From: Alphaproteobacteria bacterium
GTDB lineage: Bacteria > Pseudomonadota > Alphaproteobacteria > RF32 > CAG-239
Length of the DNA: 64,000 bases
Direction: 5' to 3'
Assembly: GCA_045603405.1 (NCBI GenBank)
Contig: JAZUMA010000030.1
Location: 3,744-67,743 of the forward strand
Shown: positions 1-9,154 of the stretch, one piece after another
How positions within the stretch are numbered: position 1 is the first letter of the stretch
Layout: each line of letters opens with the position of its first letter
Notes under the pieces: model-generated
Databases searched by the model: none
Told to the model about the DNA's origin: nothing
Seen by the model: only the letters and a program-made list of their open reading frames with translations
Made by a program: the position numbers and the translations under genes

Positions 1-1
1 T

Positions 2-520
2 TTGAAGAATATAAAACATTGTAAAAAGAATCCGAATCATGCGTATTTTACAAATAAAGGATGCGGGCTTTGTGTGGCCGAAGAAAAACTTAAGTTAGAT
101 TTAAATACTATTAAGGAAAAGAAGACTGAGCCTAAAAAAATCAGGGGGTTTGAGGTAAATAAACTTTCTAAAGAAAGTTTAAATGAAGATAAAAAGCATC
201 AACGCCAAAATGAGAAAAGAACAATGCGGCTGACCTATGGCTTGGTTATGCTATATAGCTTGCTGATGACATTTTATCCGCGAATCTGTATGCAATTTAA
301 ACCAGAATTGAAAGAAATCGGTATTTCTTTGCAGCTAATTGTGTATATTTTGTTTTTTAATTTTTTGCATTGGATTGTAAAAAAATATCGAACTTTTTTG
401 GTCAGGAGAATTGGCAGTTCAACAATAAATGCCCTTATTACATATACTTATTGTTGTGTGATTATTGCTGTCGTCGTTAGTAATAAAATAGAATGGATGC
501 GCTTAATTTCAGCGTTTTGA
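2..520 (+). CDS. 3' part of a CDS entering from the left window edge. It has Cys pairs (HC...CGLC) followed by hydrophobic segments. Function unknown.
   Basis: The frame is open from the window edge and the C-terminal half looks like transmembrane segments. No family was recognised. Confidence 0.3.
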   Translation: MKNIKHCKKNPNHAYFTNKGCGLCVAEEKLKLDLNTIKEKKTEPKKIRGFEVNKLSKESLNEDKKHQRQNEKRTMRLTYGLVMLYSLLMTFYPRICMQFKPELKEIGISLQLIVYILFFNFLHWIVKKYRTFLVRRIGSSTINALITYTYCCVIIAVVVSNKIEWMRLISAF

Positions 521-626
521 TATTATAGTATCCTTAAGGAAACTATACACCTAAAAAGTACCTACTTTTCATTTTTAAAAGAAGTGATATTTTAATCGGT
601 AGTGCTGTTTAGAATGGGGAACGATT

Positions 627-2018
627 GTGATAAATTTAAAAAATATTGTTATTTCCGGAAAAGAAGTATGCCCGATTATTGAAGGGGGAAAAGGTATTAA
701 TGGATCTGACGGTCGTAGTAGCGGACATTTTGCCAAAGAGGGGTGTGTGGGTACGATTTCTCTTGTAAGTGCTGACTACTATGATGAAAACGGTGAAGTG
801 GTTCTCAATCGTTTTAAAAGTATTCATCGTTTAGATAGGCATGCAGAGCTTGTTGAGGGGGCCATAAAAGGTGGTATTGCACAAGCAAAAATAGCTCATG
901 AAATTGCCGGAGAAAATGGGCGAATCCATGTAAATGAATTGTGGGAATTGGCAGATTCAGAAAAAGTTATTAACGGCGTTTTGGATGGAGCAAAAGGGCT
1001 TATTCATGGTGTGACGTGTGGTGCCGGTTTGCCTTATAAATTAGGAGAAATTGCTTCTGCTCATGGTGTTTATTATTATCCGATCGTTTCATCAGCGCGT
1101 GCTTTTCAGATTTTATGGAAACGCGCTTATTCTAAATATAGTGATTTTTTAGGTGGGGTTGTTTATGAAGATCCATGGTTAGCCGGTGGCCATAACGGGT
1201 TATCCAATGCAGAGAATCCGGATGAACCGCAGGATCCGTATAATCGCGTTAAAGAATTGCGCACGGTTCTTAATAAATTGGGTTTGATGGAGACGCCGAT
1301 TATCATTGCCGGAGGCGTGTGGTGTTTAAGTGATTGGACGAATTATTTGGATAATCCGGAAATCGGTAAAGTAGCTTTTCAGTTTGGAACACGGCCGATG
1401 ATTACAAAAGAAAGTCCGATACCAGATGCTTGGAAGCAAGTTATGTTGAATACGAAACCAGGTGATGTTGCTTTGCAACTTTTCAGTCCGACCGGCTTTT
1501 ATTCTTCAGCAATCCGTAATAAATTTTTGAATCGATTGTTTGAACGTAAAGAAGGGGAAATTGCGTTTAGAACGGAGAAGGGCGAAGAATTTGATATGCC
1601 GCTTAGTTTGAGTAATGTGAAAACAGTTTATATCAGATCTTGCGATTTCGCGAAAGCTGATAATCAAATCAAAGCCGGGTATAGTGTAATACAGGAAACA
1701 CCTGATTGTACAGTGGTCTTTTTGACACCGGATGAATGGACGACAATGAAGCAAGATAGAGCTAATTGTTCAGGGTGTTTATCACAATGTCAGTTTTCAA
1801 GTTGGTCTGGAGTAAATGGTACGACAGGTAAAATTTGTGATCCGCGTACCTATTGCATTCATAAAACTTTATTTGATGTTGCACATAATGGGAAACCTGA
1901 AGATAATCTTTGTTTTGCCGGTCATCAGGTATATAAGTTTGGACAAGATCCGATGTATGCTAACGGTCATATTCCGACGACGCATGAATTGATAGAAGCA
2001 ATTAAGCGCGGTGAATAG
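627..2018 (+). CDS. Nitronate monooxygenase / FabK-like FMN TIM-barrel family protein with a Cys-rich C-terminal extension
   Basis: Motifs GVTCGAGLPY and IIIAGGVW are typical of the NMO family. GTG start. At 463 aa it is longer than a typical NMO, and the tail carries CSGCLSQC. Confidence 0.55.
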   Translation: MINLKNIVISGKEVCPIIEGGKGINGSDGRSSGHFAKEGCVGTISLVSADYYDENGEVVLNRFKSIHRLDRHAELVEGAIKGGIAQAKIAHEIAGENGRIHVNELWELADSEKVINGVLDGAKGLIHGVTCGAGLPYKLGEIASAHGVYYYPIVSSARAFQILWKRAYSKYSDFLGGVVYEDPWLAGGHNGLSNAENPDEPQDPYNRVKELRTVLNKLGLMETPIIIAGGVWCLSDWTNYLDNPEIGKVAFQFGTRPMITKESPIPDAWKQVMLNTKPGDVALQLFSPTGFYSSAIRNKFLNRLFERKEGEIAFRTEKGEEFDMPLSLSNVKTVYIRSCDFAKADNQIKAGYSVIQETPDCTVVFLTPDEWTTMKQDRANCSGCLSQCQFSSWSGVNGTTGKICDPRTYCIHKTLFDVAHNGKPEDNLCFAGHQVYKFGQDPMYANGHIPTTHELIEAIKRGE

Positions 2019-2049
2019 TATTGAATTTGTTTTTAACAAGCTGTTTTCT

Positions 2050-2643
2050 TTAGAGCCATTTGATGATGGCAAAGCCGCCAATGAGGAGCAGAAGGAAGAG
2101 AATCGATAAGATATTTAGATTTTTTTCGATAAATGTTTTCATCGGGGCGCCAAAACGTTTTAATAGCCAGGCAATGAGGTAAAAGCGTATGCCGCGGGCT
2201 AAGATGGAGGCAATGGTGAACACAACTAAGTCCAAACGAACAACACCGCTGGCGATAGTGATAATTTTATATGGAAAAGGTGTAATGCCTGCACCAAAAA
2301 CAATCCAGGCACCATATTGATGGTAGTAGTTTTCAAATTTATGGAAACCATCCATGTAGCCGTAAAATTCGAGTAGAGGTTTGGCAATTACATCATATCC
2401 GAATACCCCGATGGCATAACCTAAATATCCGCCTAAGACACTGGCAATCAGGGCAATGGCGGCAATTTTGTAGGCTTGTTTCGGTGTAGCAAGAACCATC
2501 GGAATAATCATAATATCCGGAGGAATTGGAAAAAAAGAACTTTCAATAAAAGAAATGGCAAAAAGCCATGCCAAAGCGTTTTTCTTTGAGGCAAGATTTA
2601 AGGTCTTGTCATAAATGTTTCTGGTCAGATTTTTGAGAGCCAT
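2050..2643 (-). CDS. YqaA/DedA-family membrane protein
   Basis: SSFFPIPPDIMIIPMV motif and a polytopic hydrophobic profile. Confidence 0.7.
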   Translation of the reverse strand: MALKNLTRNIYDKTLNLASKKNALAWLFAISFIESSFFPIPPDIMIIPMVLATPKQAYKIAAIALIASVLGGYLGYAIGVFGYDVIAKPLLEFYGYMDGFHKFENYYHQYGAWIVFGAGITPFPYKIITIASGVVRLDLVVFTIASILARGIRFYLIAWLLKRFGAPMKTFIEKNLNILSILFLLLLIGGFAIIKWL

Positions 2644-2682
2644 TTCTTTTCTCTTATTTCAGTTCAAATTGATGCTCTCAAC

Positions 2683-3306
2683 TTATTTTAAAAATTGTTC
2701 TATTTCTTCTATATTCTGAGTGTTTTCCACATAAAATATTTTAGGAAAGGAAAAAAGCTTTTGTGATTTGCTTAAAGCAGGTAAAAAATTTATGCAGATA
2801 ACAGAGGGGGTATTTTTTTCTAAATATGCCTTTGCGGCAGTCGTATTATGTACTTCAAAAATATGATAGCCCTTTTTTAAGGCTGATTGAACAAAGTTCG
2901 GTTTTTCATAAGGTTTTAGATTTATATAAAGAATATGATGATGTTTATTGCCGGTACAGTAGCTTTCAAGGATATCCAAAAGTTGTTCTTTGGCTTGATT
3001 GTGTGTCAGATAGTGGCTTACAGAAGGGTGATAAATTAATGCTTTAGGGGCTTCTGATACGATAATCATCGGAATGGTGGAGCGCTCGTAGCGATGACCC
3101 AACGATAAGATAAAATCAATCGGTGTGTTGCGGGCAAAATCAAATAATAAAACATTAGGTGTAATTTCTTTGTGATATAAAGTAAATTTGTGCAGATTAT
3201 CGGTATCAAATAAAAAGTATCCTCGTTCTTTAAGACCTTCATGATAAAGGGCGCGATTAGTATCGTTGTTATTATAGATAAAAATATTTCCAATATATTG
3301 CGGCAT
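2683..3306 (-). CDS. Hypothetical protein (two receiver-like halves, weak resemblance)
   Basis: Long ORF with no competing frame. No confident family. Confidence 0.4.
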   Translation of the reverse strand: MPQYIGNIFIYNNNDTNRALYHEGLKERGYFLFDTDNLHKFTLYHKEITPNVLLFDFARNTPIDFILSLGHRYERSTIPMIIVSEAPKALIYHPSVSHYLTHNQAKEQLLDILESYCTGNKHHHILYINLKPYEKPNFVQSALKKGYHIFEVHNTTAAKAYLEKNTPSVICINFLPALSKSQKLFSFPKIFYVENTQNIEEIEQFLK

Positions 3307-3361
3307 TTTATTCTCCTCTCTGATGCTTGTGTGAGAATAATATAGTATATCGAATTGCCTT

Positions 3362-4204
3362 TTAAATATTGTGTTGTTTTAAAAATGCTTCATAAGTGTT
3401 TTCTAAAAGCATGGCTATGGTCATGGGGCCGACACCGCCCGGAACAGGGGTTATATAAGAAGCTTTTTTTAGAGCAGATGTAAGATCAACATCTCCTCTT
3501 AGGCCATCTTTTGTACGATTTATTCCGACATCGATTATGATGGCTCCTTTTTTAATGTAATCTTTTGTGATAAATTCCGCTTTGCCGATGGCGCAAACTA
3601 AAATATCTGCTGTTTGACAAAGAGCCGGAAGATTTTTGGTTTTAGAATGAGCTACTGTTACGGTGCAATTTTCTTTGAGTAACAGATGTGCCGTAGGCAG
3701 ACCGACTATTTGCGAACGTCCGATAACAACAGCATTTAACCCTGTCAGATCTTTTTGGACGCTGTGCAAAAGTCGAATAATTCCTTTTGGGGTACAAGGG
3801 ATAAATGTCGGGCATTTTTGTTGTAGTAACCCGATGTTTATCGGATGAAAACCATCAACATCTTTTAAGGGGGAAACGGCTCTTAATACTTCTTTTTCGT
3901 TAATGTGCTCGGGTAATGGTAATTGAATAAGAATACCATTTATTTGCGGATTGCTGTTTAATAGATTAATTAAGTCCAATAATTCACTTTGTGTTGTTTG
4001 TTCTGGAAGGTGAAAGGACTGTGCTTTTATACCGATTTCTGCGCAGGCCTTTTCTTTGGAGCGAACATAAATTTCACTTGCCGGATCTGTACCGACGATA
4101 ATGACGGCTAATGATGGTTTAGCAGGAAGTTTGGCAATTTTTTCTTTTAGTTTATTGCGGGTGAAAGAGGCAATTTGTTTGCCATTGATGATTTGTGCCG
4201 TCAT
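3362..4204 (-). CDS. folD: Bifunctional methylenetetrahydrofolate dehydrogenase/cyclohydrolase
   Basis: LAVIIVGTDPASEIYVRSKEKA, VIGRSQIVGLP and PVPGGVGPMTIAMLL motifs. Confidence 0.92.
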   Translation of the reverse strand: MTAQIINGKQIASFTRNKLKEKIAKLPAKPSLAVIIVGTDPASEIYVRSKEKACAEIGIKAQSFHLPEQTTQSELLDLINLLNSNPQINGILIQLPLPEHINEKEVLRAVSPLKDVDGFHPINIGLLQQKCPTFIPCTPKGIIRLLHSVQKDLTGLNAVVIGRSQIVGLPTAHLLLKENCTVTVAHSKTKNLPALCQTADILVCAIGKAEFITKDYIKKGAIIIDVGINRTKDGLRGDVDLTSALKKASYITPVPGGVGPMTIAMLLENTYEAFLKQHNI

Positions 4205-4548
4205 GATGTATGCTCCATCTCTGTTAAAAGAGTTTCAGTTGCAGGCGTATGTATTGTTTGTATTAAAACTTTTTTGTAGCGGTCTGTTTCTCCAGATAAA
4301 ATAGAAAAAGATGATTTATTGATATGGAGATATTTGCTTAAAAATTTAATTAATTCTTGATTTGCTTTACCTTTCTCAGGTACGGCATTTAAGTTTATTT
4401 TTATAAAATCTTGATTATCCGGAGTAGAAAAAATACCGCTGAATCCACATTTTGAGGCATTTGGCGTAACGCGAATCCGTAAGATATAACCTGTCGGTAT
4501 TTTCTCAAAAATCATGTTTATTATATGCTGCTTCTTAGGAATTGACAA
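4201..4548 (-). CDS. DUF167 (YggU) family protein
   Basis: RVTPNASK and VPEKGKAN motifs. Overlaps the folD start by 4 nt. Confidence 0.7.
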   Translation of the reverse strand: MSIPKKQHIINMIFEKIPTGYILRIRVTPNASKCGFSGIFSTPDNQDFIKINLNAVPEKGKANQELIKFLSKYLHINKSSFSILSGETDRYKKVLIQTIHTPATETLLTEMEHTS

Positions 4549-4829
4549 GTCGTTTCTAAAATGTGTAAGACGAACATCAGAGCAACAATCAAGACATAGG
4601 GAGACAAATCAAAGCCTTGCAGAGGTTTGATGTATTCTCTCAGTTTAGCGTATACAGGTTCGGTTATGCTATGTAAAAAGGCTAAGAATTTTTTAAAAGT
4701 AGCGCCTCCTTGTCCAATAACACCGAAATGCATGAGCCAATATAAAACAACACCTACCACTGTTAGAACAAAGTATAATTCCAACACGCATTTAATACTC
4801 CAAAGAATTGTTTCTAAAATAATTTCCAT
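4521..4829 (-). CDS. YggT family membrane protein
   Basis: Small two-TM protein immediately upstream of yggU, the usual yggT-yggU pairing. Confidence 0.6.
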   Translation of the reverse strand: MEIILETILWSIKCVLELYFVLTVVGVVLYWLMHFGVIGQGGATFKKFLAFLHSITEPVYAKLREYIKPLQGFDLSPYVLIVALMFVLHILETTCQFLRSSI

Positions 4830-4848
4830 TTGTGTTCTCCTTAATCAA

Positions 4849-5742
4849 TTATTCAAAGGTTTGTTGCTTGTCGGAATGTAATGCCTTCAGTTCAATACCG
4901 GAAGTTTCTTGAACAGAGTTTTCCGTATGTTGATTTTGTGGTTGAGGCAGTTCCAACAGGCGCATCATTAATAATACTGTATTTTGTAAATACTCAAAGT
5001 ATGAATAATTATCATCTAAGTCTTCGTCTTTACTATGATCTATATTTATATTTAAATTCAAGTTAAGATTTTGTGTTATAGGGATATCTTTTTTGCTTAG
5101 TTCTTGACAATATTGGCAATATTGTTGCCACAAATGATCTTTATGTTTGTGCTTTATGTAATCTGAGGTGTTTCTGACAATACTGCGCATCTCTCTTAAA
5201 CGAGCTAGTTTGAATTGTAATAAATCTATTTTTTCTTTATTCTTTTCTGTTTGAGTGCCTTCATATAAAGCCAAGCAAAGCAGAAGTTCAGCTTCGCGGT
5301 CGTTGCTTAATGCAATAAATTGCTTGCGTTCGTCAAGATCTTCATGAGTGATTTCTTCATCACTCATGTGCTGTAAAATATCTTGAGTAGCACTTACCCA
5401 ACGATAGTATTCATTCATTGAGGATGTTTCACAATTACTTTGTTCAATTAAATCGGCAATTTCAGAATCAAGGGAATAGGGGATAAAGTCTTTGGCAGCA
5501 GCATCTCTTTCAATAAAATCGGCTAAGTTTTCTCTGACTTCGGTTATCGGTAGCTTTTTCTCATTTATTTTTGCAGAATATGTTTGCGGTGCAAAAATAA
5601 CTTCACGGCAGAGAATGTTTGTTTCTTTGTCTGATAGTGTGGGATATTGTTTTTTTAAGTGATTAAGAGTTATAGCAAGATAATTAGTGTCTTTAGTATT
5701 GCTTTGTGGCATGATTGGTACTCCTTTATCAGCTTTGTTCAA
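4849..5742 (-). CDS. Hypothetical protein, 297 aa, acidic and helical
   Basis: Long ORF overlapping the upstream TerB-like gene by 14 nt. No family recognised. Confidence 0.45.
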   Translation of the reverse strand: MNKADKGVPIMPQSNTKDTNYLAITLNHLKKQYPTLSDKETNILCREVIFAPQTYSAKINEKKLPITEVRENLADFIERDAAAKDFIPYSLDSEIADLIEQSNCETSSMNEYYRWVSATQDILQHMSDEEITHEDLDERKQFIALSNDREAELLLCLALYEGTQTEKNKEKIDLLQFKLARLREMRSIVRNTSDYIKHKHKDHLWQQYCQYCQELSKKDIPITQNLNLNLNINIDHSKDEDLDDNYSYFEYLQNTVLLMMRLLELPQPQNQHTENSVQETSGIELKALHSDKQQTFE

Positions 5743-6172
5743 AAATAACGGCCTCTTGTTCTAACCAAATAATGCGGTCAATAATCCAAGAACTGATTTC
5801 AGCAACTTTTTGTGCTTCTAAGTTTAGAGCTTCGGCAATCGCACCGATGAAATTGCCTTCAGAATCGGAAAATTCATTGTCTGTGTATGCTAAAATGAGC
5901 ATATATTTTATAATTTCCATGGCTAGACGGCGGTCTTTAATTTGAGTTGCATGTTTGATGCAATCTTTGGTTGTTAAGCTAAAATAACGAGGGGAGAATC
6001 CTATTTTTAATTCTTTCGCAAAATCTTGTAAAAAAGTTTTTTCAGTTTGGTGAATGTGCCCGTCTATTTTTGCTAATGTGCAGATAATAGCTAAGAAGAT
6101 ATTTTTTTCTTCAGAGGATAAAGATGTTAAATAATCATTATTTAGAGAGCTTTCCATTTTGTTGCCTTTCAA
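5729..6172 (-). CDS. TerB-like (tellurite-resistance TerB / DjlA N-domain-like) protein
   Basis: The pattern AKIDGHIHQTEKTFL ... AYTDNEFSDSE resembles the TerB helical repeat. Confidence 0.4.
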   Translation of the reverse strand: MKGNKMESSLNNDYLTSLSSEEKNIFLAIICTLAKIDGHIHQTEKTFLQDFAKELKIGFSPRYFSLTTKDCIKHATQIKDRRLAMEIIKYMLILAYTDNEFSDSEGNFIGAIAEALNLEAQKVAEISSWIIDRIIWLEQEAVIFEQS

Positions 6173-6320
6173 TTACAAATCTATTTTGACAGAAAAACAT
6201 TAATCTTGCAATAATAAAAAGCAGAATATGAAGAAAATAGAAAGAGAGGAAAGATTTTGTTTGAAAAAAATAAAGTTTGTGGTATAGTGGCGCACAAGTT
6301 AATGTGTGTAAAATATAAAA

Positions 6321-7661
6321 TTGATGAGTATGGCTAAAAAATATTTTATTAAAACGTTCGGCTGTCAAATGAATGTGTATGATTCACAAAGAATGGCCGT
6401 TATGCTGGAAGAAATGGGATTAAAAAAAGCATTATCCCAACGCGATGCTGATGTCGTTATATTTAATACTTGTCATATACGCGAAAAAGCGGCGGAGAAA
6501 GTTTTTTCTGATTTAGGACGGGAATATCAAATTAAGTTGGAAAGGGCTGAAGAAGGAAAAGATACAATTATCGGTGTAACCGGTTGTGTGGTTCAGGCTG
6601 AAGATAAAGAAATATTAAAACGCGCGCCGTACGTTGATTTTGCGTTAGGACCACTTAGATATTTTCGACTGAAAGAAGTTGTTAGTGAAATTTTTAATAA
6701 ACGCGAAGTGCAACTTTTAGATACTGAATTTTCGGCGATTTCAAAATTTGATAAATTGCCGGAAAATAAAGCAGAAGGTGGTTGTTCTTATTTGGCAATA
6801 CAAGAGGGATGCAATAATTTTTGTACTTATTGTGTGGTGCCTTATACACGCGGGGTGGAGATGTCAAGACCGGTGGCAGAGATTCTAAGAGAGGCACAGA
6901 GACTGGCTGATACAGGTAGTGTCGAACTTAATCTTTTAGGACAAAATGTTAATTCATATCATGGTGAAGATGAGAATGGTAAAGAACGGAATTTAGCCTA
7001 TTTGTTGAATAAGGTGGCGGAAATTGACGGAGTTAAGCGTATTCGTTATACGACGTCTTATCCGGCAGATGTGGATGATGATTTAATCTTATGTCATAAA
7101 AATTTAAATAAATTGATGCCTTATTTACACCTACCTATACAATCCGGTTCAGATGTTATATTGAAAAAAATGAACAGAAGACATACGCGAGATGATTATT
7201 TGCGAGTAGTCGAAAAATTGAAGAAAGCGAATCCTAATATCGGAATGTCATCTGATTTTATTGTCGGATTTCCCGGAGAAACCGATGAAGATTTTAGGCA
7301 AACGCTTGATGTAGTTAATCAAGTAAAATATATTCAGGCTTTTTCTTTTAAATACAGCAAAAGACCGGGAACACCGGCAGCTGTGATGGATAACCAGGTG
7401 GAAGAAAAAGTAAAAAAAGAAAGATTGCAAATTTTGCAGGATTTGCTATTTGATTATCAGACAAAGTTTAATGAAAGCAGTATCGGTAAAGTGATGCCGG
7501 TTCTGTTTGAAAGTAAAGGACGGCATAAAGGTCAGTTGACAGGGCGTACACCTTATATGCAAAATCTTTATGCCGAGGCGGATAACTCTTTAATGAATAA
7601 AATTGTTGAAGTACGGATAAGCGGTGCTTCAACCAACTCTTTAAGCGGGGAGGTAATTTGA
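6321..7661 (+). CDS. miaB: tRNA-i6A37 methylthiotransferase
   Basis: FGCQMN start motif and radical-SAM CNNFCTYCVVPYTRG. The start is ambiguous (TTG 6321, ATG 6324 or ATG 6330). Confidence 0.92.
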   Translation: MMSMAKKYFIKTFGCQMNVYDSQRMAVMLEEMGLKKALSQRDADVVIFNTCHIREKAAEKVFSDLGREYQIKLERAEEGKDTIIGVTGCVVQAEDKEILKRAPYVDFALGPLRYFRLKEVVSEIFNKREVQLLDTEFSAISKFDKLPENKAEGGCSYLAIQEGCNNFCTYCVVPYTRGVEMSRPVAEILREAQRLADTGSVELNLLGQNVNSYHGEDENGKERNLAYLLNKVAEIDGVKRIRYTTSYPADVDDDLILCHKNLNKLMPYLHLPIQSGSDVILKKMNRRHTRDDYLRVVEKLKKANPNIGMSSDFIVGFPGETDEDFRQTLDVVNQVKYIQAFSFKYSKRPGTPAAVMDNQVEEKVKKERLQILQDLLFDYQTKFNESSIGKVMPVLFESKGRHKGQLTGRTPYMQNLYAEADNSLMNKIVEVRISGASTNSLSGEVI

Positions 7662-7662
7662 T

Positions 7663-8628
7663 ATGGCAGAGCTTAATTTTGAATTATTTAATAATCAATT
7701 ATTAAAAGTTATTGTTGGTGTAAATGATGAAAATATACGCCTGATTGAGCGGATGCTTGATGTGGAAATATTGAGTTTTGGCAATCAGCTTACAATTAAA
7801 GGGGCGCAGGGCGATATTGATAACGCTAAAACAGCTATTGATATTTTGTATGAAAAAGCAAGTAAAGGCCATATGATTGGTGAACAAGAAGTTAAAGCGG
7901 CTGTCAGGATCAGTAGCGGAAACGGTACAGCCGATGAAAAACAATCTTTAAGTGAGATGGTACTTAAAACAAAAAAACGTTATATTTATCCACGATCGGC
8001 AACACAAGCCGCATATATTACGGAAATGATGAATAATGAACTGGTGTTCGGTTTAGGACCTGCCGGTACGGGTAAAACGTATTTGGCGGTGGCGCTGGCT
8101 GTTTCAATGATGATTGAAGGAACGGTTGATAAAATTATTTTATCACGTCCGGCAGTGGAAGCTGGTGAAAATTTGGGTTTCTTACCAGGAGATTTGAAAG
8201 AAAAAGTAGATCCGTATTTGCGCCCACTTTATGATGCGCTTTATGAAATGTTGCCGGCTGAGCAAGTAGATAAAAAGTTGGCATTGGGTGAAATTGAAAT
8301 TGCACCGCTTGCCTTTATGCGCGGACGTACGCTTTCAAATGCTTTTGTTATTTTGGATGAAGCACAGAATACAACGCCAATGCAAATGAAAATGTTTTTA
8401 ACCCGTTTAGGTGAAAATTCTCGCATGGTGGTTAACGGTGATTTGAGCCAAGTGGATCTGCCGCGCGGTGTTGTTTCTGGTTTGCGTGATGCGTTGGATA
8501 CATTAAAAGGAATTAAAAATATCGGAGCTGTTACTTTTTCAGCCAATGATGTTGTACGTCACGGTTTAGTGGCAAAAATTGTAAAAGCATATGAAGAGAA
8601 AAGCAAGAAGGCGCAAGATGAGAAGTAA
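7663..8628 (+). CDS. ybeZ: PhoH-like ATPase
   Basis: Walker A GPAGTGKTYLAVA and ILDEAQN. Sits in the conserved position between miaB and ybeY. Confidence 0.9.
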   Translation: MAELNFELFNNQLLKVIVGVNDENIRLIERMLDVEILSFGNQLTIKGAQGDIDNAKTAIDILYEKASKGHMIGEQEVKAAVRISSGNGTADEKQSLSEMVLKTKKRYIYPRSATQAAYITEMMNNELVFGLGPAGTGKTYLAVALAVSMMIEGTVDKIILSRPAVEAGENLGFLPGDLKEKVDPYLRPLYDALYEMLPAEQVDKKLALGEIEIAPLAFMRGRTLSNAFVILDEAQNTTPMQMKMFLTRLGENSRMVVNGDLSQVDLPRGVVSGLRDALDTLKGIKNIGAVTFSANDVVRHGLVAKIVKAYEEKSKKAQDEK

Positions 8629-9154
8629 GGTTAATGTAGATGTCATTGTGCATGATGAACAATGGCTGGAAGCTGTTGATTTTGATGTATTCAAAGTTGT
8701 TGAAGAACTGAAAGATTTGGTTTTCGGTTATGTCGAGGAAGTTTACAGCAAAGGTCAGCATGAGTTTCTGTCTACTGATTATGTGCTTAATGTTAATGTT
8801 TGCTTGAGTGATGATGAAGAAGTTCATCAACTGAATAGAGAATTTCGCGGAATAGATAAGGCAACCAATGTTCTCTCTTTTGCTAATATAGATGGCGATT
8901 TTTATGAAGAGCTTGAAAAAGAAAATGAAGCAGATTTGGGAGAAATTGTGTTAGCTTTGGAAACATTGCAAAAAGAATCTGTTTCAAAAAATATTACAGT
9001 TTATGCGCACTTTTGTCATTTATTGGTACATGGGTTTTTGCACCTTTTAGGCTTTGATCACCAAGATGATGAAGACGCGGAAATTATGGAGGGACTCGAA
9101 ATAGAAATTTTAGAGGCTTTTTCAATTGATAATCCCTACGATGAAGAAGTATAA
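8618..9154 (+). CDS. ybeY: rRNA maturation endoribonuclease YbeY
   Basis: HLLVHGFLHLLGFDH zinc motif. The ATG at 8618 overlaps the ybeZ stop. The ORF track starts it at 8591. Confidence 0.85.
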   Translation: MRSKVNVDVIVHDEQWLEAVDFDVFKVVEELKDLVFGYVEEVYSKGQHEFLSTDYVLNVNVCLSDDEEVHQLNREFRGIDKATNVLSFANIDGDFYEELEKENEADLGEIVLALETLQKESVSKNITVYAHFCHLLVHGFLHLLGFDHQDDEDAEIMEGLEIEILEAFSIDNPYDEEV

